A stretch of 37,737 bases of DNA from Octopus bimaculoides (lineage: Eukaryota). Position 1 is the first letter of the stretch, and every line of letters starts with the position of its first letter. Positions 1 through 10,700 of this stretch are shown here, piece after piece. The notes beneath the pieces are model-generated. The model was not told where the DNA came from. It worked only from the letters and a program-made list of their open reading frames with translations, and did not search any database. Both the position numbers and the translations under genes were made by a program. Location of the stretch: contig NC_068981.1 of assembly GCF_001194135.2 (NCBI RefSeq), positions 131,934,296-131,972,032 on the forward strand. Direction: 5' to 3'.

Positions 1-8
1 ATATATAT

Positions 9-314
9 ACCGCCTGACTGGCCTTTGTAGGGTTTTCGAGCGAGATCATTGCCAGTGCCTCTGGACTGGCTCTTGTGCGGGTGGCACATAGAAGACACCA
101 TTTCGAGCGTGGCCGTTTTCGTGCGGGTGACACGTAAAAGCACCCACTACACTCTCTGAGTGGTTGGCGTTAGGAAGGGCATCCAGCTGTAGAAACTCTG
201 CCAAATTAGATTGGAGCCTGGTGTTGCCATCCGGTTTCACCAGTCCTCAGTCAAATCGTCCAACCCATGCTAGCATGGAAAGCGGACGTTAAACGATGAT
301 GATGATGATGATGA
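9..314 (+). mobile_element. RTE-clade LINE 3' UTR/tail fragment with (GAT)n tail
   Basis: Near-identical to the tail attached to an RTE ORF end at 9407-10856; contains CCATGCTAGCATGG and ends in (GAT)n. Confidence 0.85.
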
Positions 315-740
315 GTTCAAGCTGAACATTAACATCACTAACCTCACATTGTTATGACTTTTCCACTCAGTGATCAAGCTATAAACATCGCTCTCTTCCT
401 TGTCAACCTAACACATTTTTAAAACTAAGACAAATAAGCCAAACATTAAATTATTCAAGGTTCCACACAGTGGGACTGAACCCCAAACCATGTAGTTGGG
501 AGGCAAGTTTCTTACTACACAGCCACACCTGTGCTTAGAGCCATGCCTGAGTGTTCATGGATAAATGTTTGCTTGTTTGTATATCTATCAAATGTGAGTG
601 AATTTGGAGTATTACATGTGAAAACAAAATGAAAACTTTAAATTCTATGCACATGTAGAAAGTTTGTAAACTTTGAAATACATGATATCAGGTAGGTGTC
701 GGAAATCCTCAGTGAACACGAATCAATCTATTTACAAACA

Positions 741-930
741 TGCGGGTGACACATAAAAGCACCCACTACACTCTCGGAGTGGTTGGTGTTAGGAAGGGCA
801 TCCAGCCGTAGAAACTCTGCCAAATCAGATTGGAGCCTGGTGTAGCCATCTGGTTTCACCAGTCCTCAGTCAAATCGTCCAACCCATGCTAGCATGGAAA
901 GCAGACGTTAAACGACGATGATGATGATGA
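741..930 (+). mobile_element. RTE 3' tail fragment
   Basis: Same family as 9-314, shorter 5' truncation. Confidence 0.85.
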
Positions 931-984
931 AGCCTTTAAAGGCTTCTTCAAGTATTATTTCAAGTAGAAGCCTTTACCAAACTC

Positions 985-1203
985 TCGTACTTGGCAGAAT
1001 CATTAGCCTACCAGACAAAATGCTTAGCAGCTTTCTTTCCAGCTCTTTACGTTTTAAGTTCAAATGTCACTGAGGTCAACTTTACCTTTCGTCCTTTAGG
1101 GTGGTTAATAAGATAAAGTATTAGTCAAGTATTGGGTTCAATGTAATTGACTAATCCCCTTCTCCTACAGTTGTTGGCCTTATACCAAAAATTTGAAACA
1201 GTA
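985..1203 (+). mobile_element. tRNA-derived SINE, family C (degenerate)
   Basis: GGCAGAATC..TTAGC head and GTTCAAAT B-box, tail ggcctt...ccaaaatttgaaac; similar copies at 21836 and 24995. Confidence 0.7.
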
Positions 1204-2339
1204 ATTTCATCCATATCATCCATTAATTCATTTTATGTTACGTCATTTTCCTAGATCTGATCTCATCCCTTGACATCAAGTCTTTTTCAACTGATTTTTC
1301 TATATTGGTTGCCATCTTCTAAAAATTCTTATTTTCTAAGGTATTATCTGATCTGGTTTCACTATTTCATATCACAGATTTTCCATTGTCCAAAAGCTTC
1401 TATTGCATATAATTGTATTTAATTTCCTTTCAGTTTAAGTATTTCCTGCAAAGCTCTATATTCTGAGTTCAAGCGTGTTAAAGCAATTGCAACTAAAGTT
1501 AACAAGTTACCACTCACTTTAAAGAGGTAAGAATTGTTGCATCTATTTTCTTTGTAACCAGTTCTCTTATGGTTTCATGAACTTAAAAGGACAGACTACT
1601 TAGTTTCTATTTTAAAAGTAACTTACACCTTTTCATGTTATTGTTAATTACTTAATTAAGGAGACCTATGATCTCAGACAATATCATTCAATGTATCCCT
1701 CCCTTAGGGTGTAATGTGAATGATTTGGCTGCTGTTTCAAGCAGGTCAAATGACTACATAGAGGTTCCCTTGGCTTGTTCACATATGAGACTCAGTAAGT
1801 AGAAACACTTAATTGTCATATAATGTCTTACAGACTAAATGCTGTTTGTTAATTTACTGCATTCTTTATAAATCTTTACTTAACCAACAATCATTGGCTT
1901 TTAGTTGATCCAACTCTCATCAGCGGATAGAATATTATTATGACTTCCATATGTCATACTTCATATCTGTGTAGATGAGTGTGTGTGTGCTAGTTTCACA
2001 CAGGTGCTCAAGTGGTTGTCTATAATCCTTAGTGAATATTATTAAGACTCATAGATATCTGCTTTAATACACAGGTAGAGTTTGTCTAATAATGTATAAT
2101 GATGCACATACACGAGGCTATACTCATAAAATCTTAAGCATACACGTTTGTAAATAGATTGATTGATGTTCACTGAGGATTTCTGACACCTACCTGATAT
2201 CATGTATTTCAAACTTTCTACATGTGTATAGAATTTAAGGTTTTCATTTTGTTTTCACATGTAATACTCCAAATTCACTCACATTTGATAGATATACAAA
2301 CAAGCAAACATTTATCCATGAACACTCAGGCGTGGCTCT

Positions 2340-2712
2340 AGGCACAGGTGTTGCTTCCCAACTACATCGTTTGGGGTTCAGTCCCATTGTGTGGCACCTT
2401 GGGCATATGTCTTCTACTGTAAGCTCAGGCCAACCAAAGCCTTATGAGTGGGTTTGGTAAATGGAAACTGAAAGAAGCCCATCTTATATATGCATATATA
2501 TATGTTTGTGTATGTGTTCCTCCCCTCCCCTGCTTAACAATCGGTGCTGGTGAGTTTACATTCCTGTAAGTTAACAGTTCAGCAAAAGAGACTGACAGAA
2601 TAAGTGCCAGGCTTTAAAAAAATAAGTACTGGGGTCAATACATTTGACTAAGAATTCTTCAAGGCAGTGCTCCAGCATGGCCACAGTCTAATGGCTGAAA
2701 CAAGTAAAAGAT
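2340..2712 (+). mobile_element. tRNA-derived SINE, family B
   Basis: ggttcagtcccact..gtggcaccttgggca head, internal microsatellite, tail gtgctccagcatggcc..gaaacaagtaaaaga; several other copies in the window. Confidence 0.75.
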
Positions 2713-2719
2713 ATACAGA

Positions 2720-3660
2720 CACCATCATCATCATTTAATGTCCACTTTTCTACATATACATAAGCCAGACAGAATTTGTTGAGGCAAACTTTCTGTGGCT
2801 GGATGTTCTTCCTGTCACCAACTTTCACCTGTTTCCAAACAAGGTAATGTTTTCCTATTGCTGGATATGCTTTTTCATCGAAGACTAGAAAAGAACAACC
2901 TTATTTGTTTGATGATGATGCTCATTTACAACCATCACATAATATCTAGACATGGGTAAGCAAACACACACACATATATATGTGTATATATGCTGGGACT
3001 CTTTCAGCTTCCATCTACCAAATCTACTCATTTTACATCTAATTTCCATGTTGCCATGGGTTGGATGAGTTATCATAGTCTGTCAGTTCTGATTCAGAGT
3101 TACTGTGTCCTTCTATAAGAGTCAGAGGACCATATCTCAGTGTTTAATTTTTAGCTTGGTTTCTATGATTGATTCCCTTCCCCTCACCAGCTACTTCACA
3201 GAGTGTAACAAGTGATTTTAATCATGGCATCAACACAAGAGAAGTAGTCATGTCTACAACAAGATTAAAGAGTCCCTGTGACTTAATGTTATCTCAAAGT
3301 GTTTTCACTACCTTCTCTCTCCTCTCTTTTTTTCTAACTGGGGTAGTCATGTATCTCCTCTACTGCAAGATACCCATTTCTGTCTCTCTCATCGCCTGAT
3401 ATGAAGCCACCTCCTTCAATATTACTCCCCACTCAGTTGAGGCCTTGTCTTGCAAGTTCCTGGGTGATCTCACTGGTGTTGGTGCTACGTAAAAAGTACT
3501 CAGTACACTCTGTAAAGTGGTTGGTATTAGGAAGCGTATCCAGTCATAGAAACCATGCCAAAGCAGACAGCAGAGCTTGGCAGTCTTCTGGCTCACCAGC
3601 TCCTGTCAAACTGTCCAACCTATGCAAGCATGGAAAAAGGACATTAAATGATGGTGGTGG
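2720..3660. mobile_element. Cluster of old RTE-tail-related fragments in both orientations
   Basis: Degenerate ggatgcccttcc / ccaacc.atgc.agcatggaaa motifs and (CAT)n or (GAT)n ends. Confidence 0.5.
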
Positions 3661-4292
3661 TGGTGTGTGTGTATACCACTTAATAGAATAATTTCAAAAA
3701 GATAATGTGTAATTGTATTTATTATAGTCTTGAAGATGATTCATCCAGCTGCCAAACCTATTACTCACATAAAATAGCTGCCATGAAATACCAAGATGTT
3801 TGGAACCAATTGCTGAAGGGAACCTTAAAGACATGGGTTAAAAAGCCAAAAGAATTTATGCAATTCTTATGATATTTAATAAAAAAATATTTTTTTTAAT
3901 AAATATATTTTGATATAAGTTATACTTTAAAATACATTTTTAAAAACCTTTGTGTAAATTAAATCTTTATTTTAAAAAAAAGCTTGGTTTCAGTTGCAGT
4001 TTCTCTTGAGCAAGTATCTTCTACTGTATCTCCAGGTTGACCAAAGCATTGTGAGTGAATTTCAAAGAGAGAGACTGTGTGGAAGCATCATATATATATA
4101 TATATATGTGTGTGTGTCTGCTAGCGATATAAACAAGAATGTATTTTGCACTGAAAGCCAACATGAGTGTTTCTCTCATGGTAGCTACTGCAGTATAGTT
4201 TGTTCTAACAGAACATCCATGCTTGAGTGGGGATAAATATTACTTCTTAGCATTAATACTGTCTCTTTTGCTAATATATATTTTATAAATAT

Positions 4293-4563
4293 TCATCATC
4301 ATCATCGTCGTTTAACGTCCGCTTTCCATGGGTTGGACGATTTGACTGAGGACTGGTGAACCGGATGGCTGCACCAGGCTCCAATCTGATCTGGCAGAGT
4401 TTCTACAGCTGGATGCCCTTCCAACACCAACCACTCAGAGTGTAGTGGGTGCTTTTATGTGCCACCGGCACGAAGGCCAGTCAGGCGGAACTAGCAACGG
4501 CCACGCTCAAAATGGTGTATTTTATGTGCCACCCACACAAGAGCCAGTCCAGGGGCACTGGCA
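4293..4563 (-). mobile_element. RTE 3' tail fragment
   Basis: Reverse complement of the 9-314 family; 8-nt deletion inside the CATGCTAGCATG palindrome. Confidence 0.85.
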
Positions 4564-5804
4564 TATAGATCATCATCATCATGACCATCATTTTATGTCT
4601 GCTTTCCATGCTGGTATAGGTTAGATGGCTTGATAGGATCTAACAGATTGGATCCTTCCTCTGATATCTCACTTTTAGTATAGTTTTTTTCAATTAGATG
4701 CTCTTCCTAACACCAATGTCTCCGCAGTGTACTAGATGCATTTTTCATGGTACTAGTACCATAAATGTTGTCTTACTCTCAGCAAGACCAAATAGTCCTC
4801 TCAAATCAATGTCAGTACTTGATCTACCAATAACTTTACAGATTGTGCATTTATCATGGCACCAGCATTGCACAGTTGCATTGTAATTCACCAGAATAAG
4901 AGCATCCACAACTAAAAGACAGAGTATGAGAGAGAAGGGTGACTTTGCACAAGATGTTCAGAAGTTAAAGTATGGAGGAAAGAATAAGTTTATTGTTTTG
5001 AGAGGGTGGTAAGGGAGAGACTAACAGACATGACAGTGTTAAGGAAAAAAGTAATTGAAGGGAAAGGGAAAGAGTAGTGTCAGGGGTTAGTGTGAAAGAG
5101 AGAGAGGAACAGAATATAATTAATGGGGTGGGTATTGGTGCGGTTACTCAGAGTTATCCAACGTTATATATCATCATCATTTTATATCTGTATTCCATGA
5201 TGGCAGGTGTTGGACAGTTTGACAAGATCCAGTGGTTTGAGGAATCATATCTTCATTCAGTTTCTACAACCAGAAGCCTTTCCTAGTACTAACCATTCCA
5301 GAGTACACTGGGTGCATCTTTTGTGGCACCAGTGTCAGAAAGGCTTACCATGCTCCCAACAAGATGAAATGCTCCTCTCAACCCCACATAAAAACTGCTT
5401 GATTTCCCATCAACTTTACAGAGTGTACTGAGTGCATTTATCATGACAAGCAATTGTGTGGTTGCTTTGTAACTCAGGCTAAGAAGCAGAATATAAGTGA
5501 AGATAATGACCTTAAGCAAGGAATTGAGAATTTAAAGTATGATGAGAGAACAGGTATATTTTTGTAAGAGAGTACTATGGGAAACACTATCAGAGACAGC
5601 AGTAACAGAAAAGGAAGAGAAAAGAGTAGTAGTCAGGAAGGAGACAGAGGAATAAAGGGGTAAAGGTGATGGGGTGAGCTGAATAGGGGTGGATCCAGTG
5701 CTATCCTAGATAGCACAGGATCGTTTTACGTCTGCTTTCCCTGCTGACACGAGTTATATGGTTCATCACGATCTGAGTTACAGCTCTCTTAGGTTGTAGG
5801 ATCA

Positions 5805-7652
5805 TGCCACACATACTGGCAAAATTTATTAATAGAAAATGTGTAATAAAACAGCATATTGATTTTATACATTAACGTTATGGCCAATTTTTAACAAGAT
5901 AGATATTTGGAGAATTATTTTAAATATGTTAATAAAGAAACATGAATATTAAAAGCCATTGAAATTAAAGTACCAAAACTGTTTATTACATAACTACATT
6001 GAAAACATTACTGGATGTAAATAACAAAAAGAATTTTTTTAATATGAAACATTCATCACATGTGGAAACAAGACATTTAATCAGCATTTATTTTATGCTC
6101 ATCTCATTTGAACCAAGCATAAAAAAACACATCCTTGTCAAAATAGCTGCAATGTCAGTTATCTCATTTATTTTGTTATTTTGCACTTTTAGCTGTCTTG
6201 TTATGACATATCTTGTGATTAGTGTTCAGAGATTTTAAATTCAACCTCTGTCTTTGTTGCTAAACATTTCTAATAAATGGTCCGCCTGAACCGTTATCAG
6301 AGCATTTGATCGTATATGAACTAATTGGACGGCAAAATGAATACAAATGCTCTGACTGCCATACTGCACTTCATAGAACAAATTGTAAAATGACAAAGTC
6401 AACATTATGGTCCCTGGTATGACAAGATTGCTGAATTTGCGGACCATATTCAGAGTATTGATCAACTGTATCTGTAATACTCGTCTACTCAAGTAGATCT
6501 GACTGGGAGTATTCATGAACAACAAGATACTATTCTCTTGTTATGAAACTGACAAGGAAACCTAATTGTTATATCACAGGTAAATGTTTTAAAGAGAGAT
6601 ATTCCAACAACTGATGGAAGTATTCAAATTTTTAGAATGCTGTTATGTAAATATGGAACAGTGATAATGGTAAGTTTCACAATCTACTGAGTCATAACTA
6701 AAAATCTTATATTCATGTAAAAGCTCTGAGACATCTCTCTACTCTTTACACCTATAGGATTTGATCTCTGTATTGCAAACTAATGAAGCATCTGTCTATT
6801 AGTTCTTCACACTGCTTCATACAGCAATAAGCCATGCCTTCTTGTGAGATCTATTTACAGCAAGGTGGATGGACTAAACCACTAGTTTATGTTCTTATTA
6901 GTAGTACTGATCGAGATAGGAACCCAAAGATCTTTGTTGGATAGGCTGGCAGTTTGTTAAGTCAATCAGCTGTGACCTATGCAAGCATGGTACATCTTTT
7001 GTAAAAATATTAAAAAATAGAGAACTCCAAGACAGGTAATAGATCCCTAATTTGAGTTCCGATAATTGATGGAAAATTTGGTCTACGCATCACTGTGTAT
7101 AAAATGTAGGCTGTAAGACAGTAAAATTGTAAATAGGCCTGTCTTCGGGTTTGCTAGTATAGAATTTTTTAATCATTGCACAATTATAATGTTCCTTGTT
7201 ACTCATCTTACAATGTGACTCTCCTAGTTAATTTTCTTTCAGTACCTTCAGAAGTTTACTTTATTTTATTAATGTTCTGAGGCAGTGTTGTAAAACTGAT
7301 ATCCTTGCAGTACTTCTGCTACTGCTACAGAAATCTGAGGTTACTGTAGTAAGACAATTAAGGGGGAAAAAAAAACACTGGTATAGAGTGATGCAAATTA
7401 AAAATATATTTGTGTTCTGATACACAAAAATAATTGTTGTATGTATATGATGTTTGCTGCATTTGCTTCAATGATATTATTTAAAATATTTACATAACAA
7501 CTAAGGATATATTTGAAATATTTCTTTCATTTCAGCAAATATTCCTTATTTTCTCTCGATTTTAACTCTGAACCAGAACACAAACTCCGTCATGCACAAC
7601 TTACATGTAAGGTTCTTACCAACAGACAAAACAAGATGAAAATTTATAAATA
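5805..7652 (-). other. Putative SCYL3 3' UTR
   Basis: AT-rich, nearly TE-free stretch after the stop. Minus-strand AATAAA at 5824-5829 is followed by a GU-rich tract; other AATAAA near 6088 and 7260. The end point is inferred. Confidence 0.4.
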
Positions 7653-7715
7653 TCAATTTATTTTAGAGTTTATTTCTTCCCAGTTTAGATCGTCACCCCA
7701 GCCATCTATGTTTAC
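7653..7715 (-). CDS. SCYL3: SCYL3 last coding exon: VNIDGWGDDLNWEEINSKIN*
   Basis: Poly-T tract plus cag|GTA; TGA at 7655-7653. GW..LNWEE resembles the SCYL3 C-terminal tail. Confidence 0.88.
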   Translation of the reverse strand, partial: VNIDGWGDDLNWEEINSKIN

Positions 7716-10700
7716 CTGAAAAAAAAAAAAATTATATATTTCAACTGTTTACATTAAACAGTAATATTTAAATTCATTTAATTATGATTTTAAATAATGT
7801 TCTAGAGAAAAAAATTCAAAAGCAGTATGATTTAATATTAAAAACTCTAAGTAGATATTTATACAAATTTCCTTTCCTCTATTTATCTTTTCATGCTAGT
7901 ATAATTAGGAATGCAAACTAAGTTAATTAGAACTTTTGCATATTGTTGGAACAACTATTTCTACAGTTTGGCAGTCAAGCAAACTGAGACAAGCAATACT
8001 ATGTGATTTGCTCTGTGGCCATGCTGGGGCACCACCTTGAAGAATTTTTAGTTGAATGAATCAACCCCAGTACATTTTTTTTTTAAGCTTGGTACTTATT
8101 CTATCAGTCTCTGTTTCCCAACTGCTAAGTTATGGGGACACAAACACACCAACACTGGTTGTCAAGTGTAGTGGAACAAATACATACATACACACATATG
8201 GGCTTCTTTTAGTTTCCGTCAACCAAATCCACTCCCAAGGCTTGATCAGCCCCAAGGTGTAACACAGTGGAATTGAACCTGGAACCATGTGGTTGGGAAA
8301 CATGCTTCTTACCATACATCTATAACTGCATTTATTTGTACAAAGAATACTTTAATTAAAGTAATAATGTTTATGAACGTTTTTTAAAGCAATTAAGAAA
8401 ATAGGCTTACCTCAGCAGCATCTTCTGAAACAGCAAAAGACAATGAACTCTTCAAGATTTGTTCCTCTTTAAAATTTGTGTTATCAGAATGACTAGTAGA
8501 AAGAGCTATTTCAGACAGTTCTGTTTTGGAAGAACTGGATATCACAGGCTGCATATCAGCAAAATAGTCAATTTCTTGGGACTTCTTAGGTACCTTAATA
8601 TTCATGATGTCAAATTCTTCACCAAGCTGTTTGGCAGAAATGCTTTTAGACACATTGGCCAATTTGGCAGAATAATGTAGGCTGTTAGGTGAAATTTCTT
8701 GTCTAGAGTGTGTTTTAATGACAGTCAGTGCATGGAGGTTTGAATCTATTGAGGGCTGGTCTCCTGCCCATGAACTATTAAAGTCAGCTGTTGAAGACCA
8801 AGTTTCACCTAATTTGGAGCTGGTATTATTAACTGAAGTTACATCTGCTGAGTTCAAATGGATATCATTGACAGCGTTTCTTAGAATTTCATTGTCTAGT
8901 TGCTTCTTATTTCTAACAGAATCACTTACTGAACTCATCTGAGCTAGCTCAGCTTCAATTTCACGGTCAAAATACTGATTTTTTTCATCATCATCCCATT
9001 CTTCAGAGTTGTCCCAATCTACCCAATTATCAGGATCATCTGGTTTATATTTTTCATATATCACTTCTGCTGATGGGTCAGTAATTTTCACTTCTACAGA
9101 ATTGTCTTCAATAATAAAATCTGGAAAAAAAAAACAAAAAAACCCATGATATTTAGATGTTTTGCATAAGAATGAATCTGAACATTAGTACTTCCACTTT
9201 AGAATATAAATTACTTAGATATAATACTGTGAAAAAAATACTCTATGCACTCTGAATTTGTATCATGTCCAATATAACTGAAATAAACTTCAAACATTAT
9301 TGGACAATTGTTGCACTCAGTAAAGAATGCAATCATTTTCTGAATAAGTTATTTACTGTTGTTTTAAAGAAACAGTAAGAAACAATTTTACCAAATATGG
9401 GCTGTGACTGCTGAGGACATGCGTAAGCTCGCAAGGAATGAAGCCAGTATGCTCCGCTGAATGTGTAATGTAAATGTGCATACCCGTCAGAGTGTAAGTA
9501 TCTTGAGAGAAAAGCTGAACATAAGAAGCGTCAGTAGTGGTGTGCAAGAGAGACGATTGCGCTGGTTTGGACATGTGGTGAGAATGAATTGAGGATAGCT
9601 GCGTGAAAAAGTGCCACTCCCTAACAGTTGAGGGAACCCGTGGAAGAGGTAGGCCCAGTAAGACCTGGGCTGAGGTGGTGAGGCAAGACCTTCGAACATT
9701 GGGCCTCACCGAGGCGATGACTACTGACCGNNNNNNNNNNNNNNNNNNNNNNNNNNNNNNNNNNNNNNNNNNNNNNNNNNNNNNNNNNNNNNNNNNNNNN
9801 NNNNNNNNNNNNNNNNNNNNNNNNNNNNNNNNNNNNNNNNNNNNNNNNNNNNNNNNNNNNNNNNNNNNNNNNNNNNNNNNNNNNNNNNNNNNNNNNNNNN
9901 NNNNNNNNNNNNNNNNNNNNNNNNNNNNNNNNNNNNNNNNNNNNNNNNNNNNNNNNNNNNNNNNNNNNNNNNNNNNNNNNNNNNNNNNNNNNNNNNNNNN
10001 NNNNNNNNNNNNNNNNNNNNNNNNNNNNNNNNNNNNNNNNNNNNNNNNNNNNNNNNNNNNNNNNNNNNNNNNNNNNNNNNNNNNNNNNNNNNNNNNNNNN
10101 NNNNNNNNNNNNNNNNNNNNNNNNNNNNNNNNNNNNNNNNNNNNNNNNNNNNNNNNNNNNNNNNNNNNNNNNNNNNNNNNNNNNNNNNNNNNNNNNNNNN
10201 NNNNNNNNNNNNNNNNNNNNNNNNNNNNNNNNNNNNNNNNNNNNNNNNNNNNNNNNNNNNNNNNNNNNNNNNNNNNNNNNNNNNNNNNNNNNNNNNNNNN
10301 NNNNNNNNNNNNNNNNNNNNNNNNNNNNNNNNNNNNNNNNNNNNNNNNNNNNNNNNNNNNNNNNNNNNNNNNNNNNNNNNNNNNNNNNNNNNNNNNNNNN
10401 NNNNNNNNNNNNNNNNNNNNNNNNNNNNNNNNNNNNNNNNNNNNNNNNNNNNNNNNNNNNNNNNNNNNNNNNNNNNNNNNNNNNNNNNNNNNNNNNNNNN
10501 NNNNNNNNNNNNNNNNNNNNNNNNNNNNNNNNNNNNNNNNNNNNNNNNNNNNNNGATTTTCGAGCGAGATCGTTGCCAGTGCCCCTGGACTGGCTTGAGC
10601 GGGTGGCACATAAAAGGCACCATTTCGAGCGTGGCCGTTGCCAGTATCGCCTGACTGGCCTTCGTGCAGGTGACACGTAAAAGCACCTACTACACTCTCT

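Noticed and set aside
5691-5722. Small hairpin gatcc-a-gtgctatc-cta-gatagcac-a-ggatc
   Set aside because: A real 13-bp stem, but a single short hairpin without family match or context is expected occasionally by chance.
7653-7670. C-terminal dibasic COPI-binding motif as in SCYL1
   Set aside because: The terminus is NSKIN, with a single lysine at -3 and no second basic residue.
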